Below, in pieces: positions 26,777 through 39,859 of a stretch of 64,000 nucleotides of DNA (its first letter is position 1; each line of letters begins with the position of its first letter). Location: assembly GCF_006345805.1 (NCBI RefSeq), contig NC_043021.1, forward strand, positions 14,074,001 to 14,138,000, written 5' to 3'. This DNA comes from Octopus sinensis. Its lineage: Eukaryota. The position numbers and the translations under genes are program-made. Below the pieces are notes generated by a model. That model was not told the origin of the DNA, did not search any database, and saw only the letters and a program-made list of their open reading frames with translations.

Positions 26777-29147
26777 TCACTTCCTGACTCAACATTCTGC
26801 TCCTCAAATCATTGAAACTTCTTTTCTTTCTCAGAGAATAAAACATATTTATTCCACTGCTTCAGATATATTTGTGTTACCATTTGCCAACAACACAGAG
26901 ACGCAAAATGCTGCTGGTGGCTTCCATTTCTACCGATTCCTTATCTAATGTTAATATTGATTGTTTGCAGAGGGAGGATGTTCGATTGAGGAAATCACAC
27001 AGCAGTCAGTAGCTGTCCAATGAGATTAGAGAAGAGAAAAGAAGGAATGGTGGTGATGGTAGTGGTGGGGGAGTCTTTGAGTCAGCTGACTCTTTTGCGT
27101 GTGTGCATATGTGTGCATGTGCATGTATGTGATTTTGAGTTTGTGTATGATTGCGTGACATGTGTATGACTGTGTATGTATTTTCTTGTGATTGTATGTG
27201 TGTGTAATGTGCTAGTTGTCATGTGTATAGTATGTGCATGAAATTATGTGACTGTGTATGTGTGTGTGTGTGTGTTATGTCTGAGTGTTGTGTAATTTCA
27301 TATTTTGTATGCATGTATGTGAGTTGCATGTTTGTGTTGTATGCGTATGTGTGTGTGTGTCTAGCTCCATTTCATCATAGACTGTGACACTGACACACAC
27401 ACACATACACTCTCACACATTCAAACACACTTGCAAACTCATTCACATACACACACACACATACACGCTCTCACGTGTCCATGCATTCACATAACACAAA
27501 CACACACACAATGACACTCACATGCATGCTCTCACGTGCACGTGCATTCACATAAGACACACACACTCTTACATCTACATACACTCACACACCTACAAGT
27601 AAAAATGGTTTAAGGAATATCATCATCATTTAATGCCTTCTTTTCCATTCCTGCTTGGGTCAGATGAAATTTGGCAGATTTTCTTGGCACGTAAAAGCAC
27701 CATCCGATCATGGCCGTTTGCCAGCCTCGTCTGGCACCTGTGCCGGTGGCACGTAAAAAGCACCCACTACACTCATGGAGTGGTTGGCGTTAGGAAGGGC
27801 ATCCAACCGTAGAAACATTGCCAGATCAGACTGGGCCTGGTGCAGCCTTCTGGCTTCCCTGACCCCAGTTGAACCGTCCAACCCATGCCAGCGTGGAAAG
27901 CGGACACTAAACGATGATGATGATGATGATGATGAAGCTCTTCCAAACCTTGTCTGTCACCAACCCTCACCGGTTCCCAGGCATATTTCCCCATGGGAAG
28001 ATATACACTTTGCAAAAGACTGGAAAGGAACAATCTCACTTGTATAGCAATGATGCTCTTTTACCAACATCAAGTTACATCTAGACAAAGGGTACACACA
28101 AACATACACACACATATATAAACACACACACATATATATACTTAGACATAGATCCACACTCAGCATGCCTTTTTCAGTTTCCAGCTATGAAATCCACTCT
28201 CATGGCTTTAGTTGTCTCAGGACTAGAGCAGAAAATACTTGCCCAAAGTGTCACACATTGGGATTGAACTCAAAACCATGTGCTTGGGATGCAAACCTCT
28301 TACCACACAGCTTTGCCTGTACTCATAAAACACAATCTATGCTTGAAGCTTACTGGATAATAATCTACCTGGAGCTCTAACACGTACAGTAGCAGTCATA
28401 CATATAATTGTACACAGTGGATTGTTGGCAATTTTTTCCCTCAGTCTTCCTTTTCAGTTGGACTTACATCTGTCTCCTGTTTCTGAAGAAGAGCTTTGCT
28501 CGAAACATAAAACTAACTTTCTCTACTTCCCTGAGCATCTGTTAATACTTTGCATGTACCATGTCCTCACGTCCTTGATTTTTTTCTTCGTTTTTTTTTT
28601 TTATTTATTAATTTTATATATATATAGGTGTAGGCATGGCTGTGTGGTAAGCAGCTTACTTCCCAACCACATGGTTCCTGGTTCAGTCCCACTGCGTGGC
28701 ACCTTGGGCAGGTATCTTCTACTATAGCTTCGACCAAATCCTTGTGAGTAGATTTGGTAGATGAAAATTGAAAGAAGCCCATCATGTGTATTGATATATA
28801 TATATATATATATATAGTATCAAGTAAAGGTAATAAACCTCTTATATATATTTAGTGGGAATTTATAGAAAAACAAAAGACGAAGACAAGTGTATGAACA
28901 ACAAGCAAGTGTATTAATTTGATGCTCGAGAAAAATGAAAAAGTCTTTTATGTTTTGAGCATACGCTCTTCAATAGAAAGGAATAAGGGAAAATAAACTG
29001 AAAGAGAATGAAAAAAACTTGTAGATTTTAGTGGTCCAGCTTGGTGAATATATATATATATATATATATAATAATAATATGAGGGAATATTATTCCAAAC
29101 TTACAGGGAAAAATTCAATTTAGAAATACTAAATCAAATTTCATAAA

Positions 29148-29193
<46 letters not shown>

Positions 29194-29414
29194 TGTGTAT
29201 GTCTGTGCTTATGGCCCCATAGCTTTGTGGTTCAGCAAAAAAGACTGATAGAATAAGTATTAGGCTTACAAGAATAAATTGTGGGGTTGATTTCTTCGAC
29301 TACAACCCATTAAGGCAGTGTTCCAGCATGGCCACAGTCAAATGACTGAAGCAAATAAAAGAATAAAAGAATATATATATGTATATGTGTATCATCATCA
29401 TCATCATATGTGTA

Positions 29415-30103
29415 TCTCTTATTATAAAAGGCAGATTTTATCTGCCTCCCTTTGTCAGTTATAGAAATCTACAATATAGGATTTCTTCAATTACAATTTA
29501 CCTAGCATTTTTAAGAGTAGAATGCATCGGGTTTTGCCAGGTCCAGTTTTTAAAATTTAAACTCCAATTAAGCAAAATTTACAGAAAACTCACATTCTGG
29601 TGTGTATGTCAAATGCTTTTCTTAGTCTGGTTTACAGCACACGCAAACGCACACACACAGTGTGCAACGACCTTCATAAATCTAACTCTATGACTGAAAA
29701 AAAAAAGCATCTTTATATAAGAGTGAAGTTGTGTGTCTGTCTCCTACGATTTAGATTCCTAACTACTCCCACATTTTGCGGTGCAGTTTAACCAAAAGCG
29801 GGTATCTTATAGTCGTGATTCATATCGAGCCCTTCTGGGTATTAGCGCGCGTCTACGATGAGTCTACGATTTAAAAAAATTTACCATCATATTTTTCCAT
29901 TTTAATGCATTTTTTCGCTTTTATATAAGGGAAGTAACTCTCTAAAAATATCTACGATGTGTCAATGATTTAAAAAAAAAATTTACCTTAATTTTTTTTC
30001 AATTTTTAATGCATTATTTTGCTATTTTTTGGCTATAACTCTCTAAAATTGCTTATATAGTTATTTCCCTTACAACCCGAGCAACGCCGGGCGATACTGC
30101 TAG
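29415..30103 (+). mobile_element. Non-autonomous Helitron, copy 1 (689 bp, deletion derivative)
   Basis: A|TC 5' end (tctcttattataaaaggcag); 3' hairpin cccg-agcaacgc-cggg followed by CTAG|T. Confidence 0.88.
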
Positions 30104-30109
30104 TATATA

Positions 30110-31732
30110 TCTCTTATTATAAAAGGCAGATTTTATCTGCCTCCCTTTGTAACTTATAAAAATCTACAATATAGGATTTCTTCAATTACAATTTACCTAG
30201 CATTTTTAAGAGTAGAATGCATCGGGTCATGCCAGGTCCAGTTTTTAAAATTTAAACTCCAATTAAACAAAATTTACAGAAAACTCACATTCTGGTGTGT
30301 ATGTCAAATGCTTTTCTTAATGTGGTTTACACCACACGCACACACACAGTGTGCAACGAATAAAATGAAAGTAAATAGCAACAGAGTGATTTGAGGAAGA
30401 CTAAACTGAAAGTATTTAAACCACTACTCAAAAAATAAAAAAACACAGCAAACAGAAACAAATAAATACATAACAATTTACTCTTCACACAATTTCTTCA
30501 ATTAGAGTGTACCCATGATTTTTCAGAGTACTTCAGTGGGTGATGCCATAAAAAATTTCTTTCAATTTTACCACCAATTAAGACAAAATTCGAGAAAACT
30601 CAATATTTTAACATATCACTCCGAAAGCATTGATGTACATGTGTGCGTGCGTGAGTGTGTGTGTGTCATTCCTCACACACACGCATACACATACATATAT
30701 GAGAGTGGCAAACACAAACGTTTCAAACAACTACATACAAACACGTGTGTGTTTGTTATTAGTAAAAAAGGCGCCAAAACACAACTCACTTATCATTCCA
30801 ACACATTTGCAAAGACACACGGACGGTGGAATTGCTATAACAATACAGAAAAGGTAAATTGGTTTTTATTTTACTCTGTATATATTTTATTATATAATAT
30901 TATATATAGATATGTATATATAATTGCAGTATGAAACAGTGTTTATGTATAAACAGACGACACATATATAGTTATTATAATAAGAGATTAATAAATGTAT
31001 GCATCCGTTTAACCCTTTTGTTACCAAACCGCCCGAATTTACCTATTCATATTTAAATGAGAATATCAGAGCAAATCTCTTTAGTACATTCGTGAAAACA
31101 CGTATTATACTTTGTAAACACTTCAACTACAGTTTTGTACAAAAATCGAAGTGTAATTTTAATTCCGTGAATTATGGGAGATTTTTTTTCCGAAATTTGT
31201 TCCTATTGTGTTTTCAAAATTTGTAATTCTGACAAAAAATGGATACGAATTTCATTATATCAAGCAGTGAGTCAGAATTAGAAGGATTTTCTACTGAAGA
31301 CCTTCATAAATCTAACTCTATGACTGAAAAAAAAAAAGCATCTTATATAAGAGTGAAGTTGTGTGTCTGTCTCCTACGATTTAGATTCCTAACTACTCCA
31401 CATTTTGCGGTGCAGTTTAACCAAAAGCGGGTATCTTATAGTCGTGATTCATATCGAGCCCTTCTGGGTATTAGCGCGCGTCTACGATGAGTCTACGATT
31501 TAAAAAAAATTTACCATCATATTTTTCCATTTTAATGCATTTTTTCGCTTTTATATAAGGGAAGTAACTCTCTAAAAATATCTACGATGTGTCAACGATT
31601 AAAAAAAATATTTACCTTAATTTTTTTTCAATTTTTAATGCATTATTTTGCTATTTTTTGGCTATAACTCTCTAAAAATGCTTATATAGTTATTTCCCTT
31701 ACAACCCGAGCAACGCCGGGCGATACTGCTAG
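30110..31732 (+). mobile_element. Non-autonomous Helitron, copy 2 (1623 bp, composite)
   Basis: Same TC start and hairpin-CTAG|T end as copy 1, nearly identical except for an extra 941 bp (30360-31300). Confidence 0.88.
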
Positions 31733-32085
31733 TATATATATATATATAAATTTGGTAAAACAAATACAGAATACAGAACTCAAAACATGAGTGTAGATAT
31801 ATTAATATTATTAACATTTAGTAGAAGCAACAGAGTGACTCAAGGGCCAAGAGTTTTACGCATTAGCACTTATCAAACTTTGACACAAGGCCAGCAATTT
31901 TAGGGAAGGGTGTAAGTCGATTTATTTTATCCACCTCATAAGGATGAAAGGGAAAGTCAACCTTGGTGGAATTTGAACTCAGAACACGAAGACAGATGAA
32001 ATGCCACTAAGCATTTTGCCTAACATGCTAACAAATCTGCCCGCTCATTGCCTTCTTGATAATGATGATGATAATAATAATGATA

Positions 32086-32131
<46 letters not shown>

Positions 32132-33242
32132 ATATGCATATACACATATATATTTCTATATATCCATGTGTTTGTATGTATATGTGTATATATATGTGTA
32201 TGTGTGTGTGCATGTGCGTATTTATATGCGTATGTGTCTATATATGTATGTGTGTGTGCAGGCATATGTGTATGTGTGTGTGTGTATTTTTTTGCAAACA
32301 ACCTGCAGATGCAAGTGCTACTAGGTGAAAGCTTTGCCTGCCGGACGCTAGCAAGTTTATGGGGAACATCAGGAGATGTAATCTAATCTGATGGTTTCTA
32401 AATATATACATTCTTATATATGTACTGGGTTGAGACAAGTGCAACTGCTACACTAAACTCAGCCAAACAATGATGACCACTTGACTTTTCCACCCATTTC
32501 CTAAATAACAAAACTTTTAAGACAATAGGTGCTGATTGTGAAGAAAAATCAAAACAGGTTTGTTTACTTCAATACATTTTTTCAGCTATGCCTCACAGCT
32601 TTACTAAATATAATTAGTTTTTTTTTTTATATTTTTGCATTAATTGCATTTATTTTAATTAATACTATGTAAAAGTATACAATATAGGTTTCAAATTTTG
32701 GCACAGGGCCAGCAATTTTAAGGGAAAAGCCAGCCAGGCAGAAGCCTGCACCAGACTTCTGTGACTGTTCTGGCAGGATTTTTACAGCTGGATGCCCTTC
32801 CTAACCACCCAGCAGAGTGGACTGAGTGCTTTTTGCATGGCACAAGCACGGGCGAGGTCAGATTTGGCAAGGTTTTTACAGCTTTTTTCAACGATTGACA
32901 TGGCTCAGAAAGATTGATACAAATGTACAGCTAGAACACCTACAAAAATCAGCATTGCTTGGAACTGCAAGAATTCTTTGCAGGGTTCTCGAAGCATGAC
33001 CAGTAAACAAACGTTGCCTTAGTTTGCTGGCTATGGACAGCTGACACTTTCCATCATACCCAGCAAAATTAGCTGTGAGTTTTCATCAAATAATAATAAT
33101 AATAATAATTAAGAGGAATTCTTTGGGCTTTGAATAATTCACCTGATGTACCCTTATCAGACAGGTAGTCAGGATGGGTATATTGGACTTCATATATTTG
33201 TACCACCGTGTCACTTTGAAGGCATGCACTGCTCTCTCACTC

Positions 33243-33277
<35 letters not shown>

Positions 33278-33699
33278 TATAATGGTTTCAAATTTTGGCA
33301 CAAGGCCCACAGTTGTGGGGAAGGGGATAAGTCAATTATATCGACCCCAGAACTGAACTGGTACTTATTTTATCAAGTATGAAAGGCAAAGTTAACCTTG
33401 GCAGCGTATGAACTCAGAATGTAAAGAGCTGGAACAAATGCTGGTCATCACCCTGTCCAGCAGGCCAGTGACACTACCAGCTTGCTGCTTTAATGGTGTG
33501 TAAGATAAATAAGTTATTTATTTACTAATTGGTCATCATGAAAAATATGCAAATTTTCAACAAGTTTTATTCGTTTAATATCTAACTTGTAATTTATCCT
33601 TTGTATTGCAGAAAATTTGGCACCAAACAAAAAGAAAAACAAATGTAAACCTTCATGTTATCTCTTTCCATTGAGAGTTTAAATCATGTTTAATGGTTA

Positions 33700-33882
33700 A
33701 TCCAGGCCTGCATATATGTGTGTGTGTGTGTGTGTGTGTATGAATGAGTATACATGTGTTTGTGTGTTGCAGTATGCATGTCTATGTGTGCTTGTGCATG
33801 TGTGTGTGTGTGTGTGTGTGTGTGTATGAATGAGTATACATGTGTTTGTGTGTTGCAGTATGCATGTCTATGTGTGCTTGTG

Positions 33883-33919
<37 letters not shown>

Positions 33920-33930
33920 CTGCATGTCTG
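33700..33930. repeat. Direct tandem duplication of a (TG)-rich unit of about 85-90 bp
   Basis: gtatgaatgagtatacatgtgtttgtgtgttgcagtatgcatgtctatgtgtgcttgtgcatg occurs twice. Confidence 0.85.
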
Positions 33931-34254
33931 TATGTGTGTGTCTGTGATACTGTGTGTGTGTGAGTGTATACATGTGAAGAGAGAGTGGAGAGATGAGGGT
34001 AGTGGTGAGTTTGATTATGCACATTTCTGTTTGTGCAAATGCATGACTGTGTGTGTGCATGCATGCATGTGTGTGAATATGCATGCTTATGTTCATGTGT
34101 GTGTGTTTGTTGCCTCTGTATGTGTTGCCTGTTTGTAAATATGAATGTGTGTGTCTGTGTGTCCATGTCCTTCTCAGTAAGGTTATAAGCTGAACATCCT
34201 AACAATCACTGGATTAATATCCAAAAACAGATAAGATAGAGTTGGTTCTGTAGA

Positions 34255-34730
34255 ATTAAGGGTGGTATTGATGGTAACAGCATGTGGCATGACTGGTGGA
34301 AGTGATGGTGACAGTGATAGTGGTGTGGTGGGACAGTGGCAGTGGTGGTGGTAATGGTTGTAGTGAAGGTGGTGTGATGGTAATGGTCGTAGTGGTGGTG
34401 ATGGTGTAGTGCTGGTGATGGTAATAGTTGTGGTGATGATGGTAATGGTGTTTGTGGTGTAGAGGCATAGTGATGGCAGTGTTTATGGTAATGTTAGTGG
34501 TGTAGTGAGTCAGTGATGGTGGTGGTGGTGTAGTGGAGCAATGATGGCGGTGTTGATGGTAATGTTGGTGGTGTAGTGAGGCAGTGATGGTGTTGATAGT
34601 AATGGTTGTGGTGAAAGTGGTGTTGATGGTAATGGTTGTGGTGGTAATGGTCAAGGTAGTGTGGAGTAAAGCTAGAGTGGAGATGATGGTAGTACAGGCT
34701 GCAATAGTAATGGTGGTGCTGGTTGATATT
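34255..34730. repeat. (GGT/GAT/AGT)n cryptic trinucleotide tract
   Basis: Degenerate trinucleotide repeat. A complementary (ACC/ATC)n tract lies at 35175-35325. Confidence 0.85.
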
Positions 34731-34888
34731 AGGAGTGGCTGTGTGGTAAGTAGCTTGCTTACCAGCCACATGGTTCCAGGTTCAGTCCCACTGCGTGGTA
34801 CCTTGGGCAAGTGTCTTCTACTATAGCCTTGGACCAACCAAAGCCTTGTGAGTGGATTTGGTAGACGGAAACTGAAAGAAGCCCGTTG

Positions 34889-34921
<33 letters not shown>

Positions 34922-35107
34922 GTGTCTGTGTTTGTCCCCCCAACATCGCTTGACAACTGATGCTGGTGTATTTACGTCCCCGTAACTTATCAGTTCGGCA
35001 AAAAAGACCAATAGAATAAGTCCTGGGGTCGATTTGTTTGACTAAAGGCGGTGCTCCAGCATGGCCACAGTTAAATGACAGAAACAAGTCAAAGAGTAAA
35101 AGAGAGT
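34731..35107 (+). mobile_element. SINE family A
   Basis: Head to tail match, with a short deletion in the tail half. Confidence 0.9.
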
Positions 35108-35569
35108 AATACAAATAATGTGTTTGATTAAAGGGTTGGTATATCGTACCTAACTTGGAACTGAACCGCAACAAGAATACCACTACCATAACCACCACCA
35201 TCACTGCTATCATCACCACCACCACTACTACCATCACAATCACCACCACCATCACATCCATCATCACCACCACCACAACCACAATCACCACTACCATCAC
35301 CACCACCACCATCACAGTCACCCACCCAATTCTAGTTCATTCAACTTCTGTCATTAATTGATGCAAATATAAACTCCAGATATAGATAACAGCAGCAATT
35401 TTCACTAATTATTTTGAGGGAGTGAGGAGATGATGGTGGTGGCATGTGTGTATGACACTCTCGTGCATGACAATGGGTGCCCCCTTCAACAATTACTAAA
35501 TAGGTTCTCTATATGAATACTGACGCCTGATCAATTCCTTTCAAACGCACAAATACAATAAGCCTTTAT

Positions 35570-35802
35570 GGTGGCGCGCTGGCAGAAACGTTAGCACGCC
35601 GGGCAAAATGCTTAGTGGTATTTCGTCTGCCGTTACATTCTGAGTTCAAATTCCGCCAAGGTCGACTTTGCCTTTCATCCTCTCGGGGTCAATTAAATAA
35701 GTACCAGTTACGCACTGGGGTCGATGTAATCGACTTAATCCCTTTGTCTGTCCTTGTTTGTCCCCTCTATGTTTAGCCCCTTGTGGGCAATAAAAAAACA
35801 TA
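35570..35802 (+). mobile_element. SINE family B with 17-bp TSD
   Basis: acaaatacaataagcct at 35549-35565 and 35803-35819. Confidence 0.92.
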
Positions 35803-36129
35803 ACAAATACAATAAGCCTGTTTATGGCCATGCCATCTGCTAGACATGGTAATCACATCTCCCTCAGAATCACATCAATTCAAATCAAGACCTCACTGGC
35901 TTATAAAATGATGTCATGTGATAAAGTAGTTGTCATACATTAGTCCTGAAATTAAAAGTAGATGGTCATGGCTGGAATGCTTTGATCATGGAACAGTTCT
36001 ATCATATTTGACCTGTAGGTATCTAATATTCTAGGGCCCCCTTTTATCATGAATGACCATGGGATTGCCCCTAGAATGTTTCCCTCTGAGGCACAAGTCC
36101 GGACAAGGTTGTTTATGGAAGACCAGTAG

Positions 36130-36795
36130 TCATCCATCCTCTCCATGCCACCAATGTTATCCAAGGGAAAAGCAAAGGATGATACAGCTTGGCACCAGTG
36201 ATGTCACAGCCCATTTCTACAGCTGAGTGAACTGGAGCAATGCGAAATATAGTGTCTAGCTCAAGAAAATAAAACAGCCCGGTCCAGGAATCGAACTCAC
36301 TACCTCATGATTGTGAGCCCAACACCCTAACCACTGAGCCATGTATTATCATTGTTTTCATCATCAATTAACATCCACTTCTTCCTGCTTGTATGCGTCG
36401 GACTGAGGGTATTCAGGCAGATTTTCCACAGCTTGATGCCCTTCGTAGTGCCAACCCATACCTGTTTCCAAGCAAGCTAATACTTCCCGATGCCCACACA
36501 TGTGCTTGCAAAATATTGTAAAGGCATGATACTGCTTGTAAAGTAAAGTTACCTTCTCAAGCCATGCCAACTCACAAGGGCTGGTTTCCCAGTTTCATGG
36601 TAGATATATTCCCCACCTGGATGGGACACTGGTCCCTTGCAGGGTTACTCATTTTTGCCAGCTTAGTGGACTGGAGCAACATGAAATGAAGTGTTTTGCT
36701 CAAGAACACAACGTGTCACCCGGTCCAGGAATTGAAATTACAACCTTACGATCATGAGTCCAACACCTTAACCACTAAGCCACGTACCTCCACAT
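36130..36795 (-). mobile_element. Two older tRNA-derived SINEs (CORE/V-like)
   Basis: Reverse tRNA heads (ccctaaccactgagccatg; ccttaaccactaagccacg), gagttcgattcc/aatttcaattcc B-boxes and ttcttgagctagacact/ttcttgagcaaaacacttc motifs at about 36130-36345 and 36560-36795. Confidence 0.65.
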
Positions 36796-37093
36796 GTTTG
36801 TATGACAGTGACACTCATTTACAACTATCATGCAGTGTATAGACAAGGAGACGAATACACATGCTCACATACATCCATGCATACACACACATAATGAGCT
36901 TCTACACAGTTTCTGTCTACCAAATCCACTCACAAGGCTTTGATTGGTCCCAGGGCTACAGTAAAAAAAAAACACTTGTTCAAGGTGCTATGAAGTGGGA
37001 CTTGAACATAAGACCATGTGGTTGGGAAAGAAACCACTTAACCACAAAGCCATACTTGTGCCCATTATATACATAAAATGTTTACTTGTCTCA

Positions 37094-39080
37094 TCATCAT
37101 CATCATCATCGTTTAGCGTCCGTTTTCCATGCTAGCATGGGTTGGACGGTTCTACTGGGGTCTGTGAAGCCAGAAGGCTTCATCAGGCCCAGTCAAATCT
37201 GGCAGTGTTTCTACGGCTGGATGCCCTTCCTAACGCCAACCACTCCGTGAGTGTAGTGGGTGCTTTTTACGTGCCACCCGCACTGGTGCCAGACAGAGCT
37301 GGCAAACGGCCACGAACGGATGGTGCTTTTTATGTGCCACCGGCACGAGGGCCAGGCGAGGCTGGCAACGGACACGAAACGGGGCGGTGCTGGCAACGGT
37401 CGCAAAACGGAAAGTTCTCTTACATGCCACCGGCACTGGTAACACATCTGCAATTTCCATTGATCGATTTCGATTCTGATCGTCACTTGCCTCAACGGGT
37501 CTTCACAAGCAGAGTTTTGACATGCCACCGGCACTGGTAGCACATCCGCAATTTCCATTGATCGATTTCGATTCTGATCCTCACTTGCCTCATCACGTCT
37601 TCACAAGTAGAGTTTTGTGTCCCAAGAAGGGAAGGTATGCATACGTAGGCTGGCTCCATCCCATGTAGAAGGCCACGGGTTATGGACTCACTTGTCCTGC
37701 CGGGTCTTCTCGCGCACAGCACACTTCCAGAGGTCTCGGTCTCTAGTCATTTCCTCAGTGAGACCTAAAGTTCGAAGGTCGTGCTTCACCACCTCGTCCC
37801 AGGTTTTCCTGGGTCTGCCTCTTCCACAGGTTCCCTCAACCGCTAGGGTGTGGCACTTTTTCACACAACTATCTTCATCCATTCTCGCCACATGACCATA
37901 CCAGCGCAAACGTCTCTCTTGCACACCACAACTGATGCTTCTTAGGTCCAGCTTTTCTCTCAAGGTACTTACACTCTGCCGAGTGTGAGTACCGGCATTA
38001 CACATCCATCGAAGCATACTGGCTTCATTTCTAGCGAGCTTACGCATATCCTCAGCAGTCACGGCCCATGTTTCACTGCCATGTAGCATGGCTGTTCGTA
38101 CACACGCATCATACAGTCTGCCTTTCACTCTGTGCGAGAGGCCTTTTGTCACCAGCAGAGGTAAGAGCTCTCTGAACTTTGCCCAAGCTATTCTTACTCT
38201 AGCAGTTACACTTTCAGCACACCCGCCCCCGCTGCTGACTTGGTCACCTAGGTAACGGAAACTATCAACTATTTCTAGTTTTTCTCCCTGGAAAGTGACG
38301 GAAGTTGGTCTCAGAGCATTTTCAGTGTTTATTGTTCCTGAGCATCTGCCACATACAAAAACCATCTTCCTAGTTAGCCTTCCTTTGACATTGCTGCATC
38401 TCTTATGTGTCCATAGCTTACACTTGGTGCATCTTATAGAGTTTCTACCTACACCTTTTCTACAGATCGAGCAGGGCCATCTACCTGAAGGTGTTTGTGA
38501 TTTGTCTACCTTCCTACTGATTACGACTTTGGTTTTAGCTAGATTGACTCTGAGGCCCTTCGATTCTAATCCTTGTTTCCACACCTGAAACTTCTCCTCC
38601 AGTTCTGATAGCGACTCAGCAATTAGAGCAAGGTCATCAGCATAGAGGAGCTCCCAAGGGCATCCTGTCTTGAATTCCTCCGTTATTGCCTGGAGGACTA
38701 TGATAAATAGGAGGGGGCTGAGTACTGAGCCTTGGTGGACTCCTACCTCTACCCGGAATTCTTCACTGTACACATTTCCAACCCTCACCCTACTAGCGGC
38801 GTCCCTGTACATGGCCCGCACAGCTCTCACTAACAATTCATCTATCCCTAGTTTCCTCATTGCCCACCAGATAAGGGATCGGGGGACCCTGTTGAAGGCT
38901 TTCTCCATGTCAACAAAAGCCAGGTACAGGGGCTTATCTTTGGCTAGGTATTTCTCCTGCAGCTGCCTTACCAGGAATATAGCATCAGTAGTACTTTTCC
39001 CTGGCACAAACCCAAACTGCATCTCATCTAAACTAACTCTCTCTCTAATTAGTTGGGCTATGACCCTCTCCGTAACCTTC
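37094..39080 (-). mobile_element. Young 5'-truncated RTE-clade LINE with (GAT)n tail
   Basis: Uninterrupted RT-encoding frame, about 600-bp 3'UTR and a (cat)n tail at 37092-37110. Homology stops at about 39080. Confidence 0.96.
37688..39022 (-). CDS. RTE reverse transcriptase (partial ORF) with inserted PHD-like finger
   Basis: QFGFVPGKST, AFVDMEKAF, GVHQGSVLSPLLF, LLYADDLAL, GLRVNLAKTK, FRYLG, RLRWYGHVARM, RGRPRKTW. The frame stays open upstream to about 39080, so the Met is not a true start. Confidence 0.95.
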   Translation of the reverse strand: MQFGFVPGKSTTDAIFLVRQLQEKYLAKDKPLYLAFVDMEKAFNRVPRSLIWWAMRKLGIDELLVRAVRAMYRDAASRVRVGNVYSEEFRVEVGVHQGSVLSPLLFIIVLQAITEEFKTGCPWELLYADDLALIAESLSELEEKFQVWKQGLESKGLRVNLAKTKVVISRKVDKSQTPSGRWPCSICRKGVGRNSIRCTKCKLWTHKRCSNVKGRLTRKMVFVCGRCSGTINTENALRPTSVTFQGEKLEIVDSFRYLGDQVSSGGGCAESVTARVRIAWAKFRELLPLLVTKGLSHRVKGRLYDACVRTAMLHGSETWAVTAEDMRKLARNEASMLRWMCNAGTHTRQSVSTLREKLDLRSISCGVQERRLRWYGHVARMDEDSCVKKCHTLAVEGTCGRGRPRKTWDEVVKHDLRTLGLTEEMTRDRDLWKCAVREKTRQDK

Positions 39081-39859
39081 TCTGTTTAATTCTAAGCTAT
39101 TTAATGTATCATTCATTTGATATGTAAACACATTTAATTATGCCTCTGTTCTATTTCTTTTTTATTTCTTCTCTTATACGTTAACTGGGACATTTCTCTT
39201 TTGGCTTTTCACTTCATTTTTGTCTCTCTTATTTGTACAGATAATATGGTTTGTATAAATCTGCATCTATTTGCATATATATAGTGAGAATTTACAAAAA
39301 AAAAATACAAAAACACGAAGATGGGTGTGTAAACAATAAACAGATGTGTTAGTTTAATGCTTGGGAAGTAAGAAAGTCTTTAACGTTTTGAGCCTATGCT
39401 CTTCAACAGAAAGGAACACAGAAATAAACAGGGAGAGAAAATAGAAAAAGTTTTAGTGGCTAGTGATCTATCATATATATATATTAAGAAAAAGGGGGCA
39501 GTCAGGATTTTGGATTAACTGAACTCTTTAAGGAAAATTGATCCAAAATATTTTGGTTCAATTTTGCTTGAAGAGTTTGGTTAAATGAACAAAAGTGCTA
39601 ATAAAGAATTATCCAAAATTCTGACTGCCTTTTTTTTCTTAACATACAATATCTGTACACCATTTCAAACACCCTATACATATATATCAAAAACAATCAA
39701 CATCATTTAACATCTGTCTTTCATGCATGCATGGGTAGGACGGTTGACAGGAGCCGGCTAGGTAGAAGACTACCCCAGGCTACTGTGTCTATTTTGGCAT
39801 GATTTTTACAACTGGATGCCTTTCCAAATGCCAACCACTCTACAGTGTGGACTCAGGGC

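Noticed and set aside
34256-35361. His/Thr-rich and Val/Met-rich ORFs resembling metal-binding or mucin proteins
   Set aside because: They are trinucleotide low-complexity tracts plus a SINE, open in several frames on both strands.
37540-37610. gtgatgag...cgaaa in the RTE 3'UTR repeat as a hammerhead
   Set aside because: C3 is absent, sibling copies read gttgag, and there is no coherent stem II.
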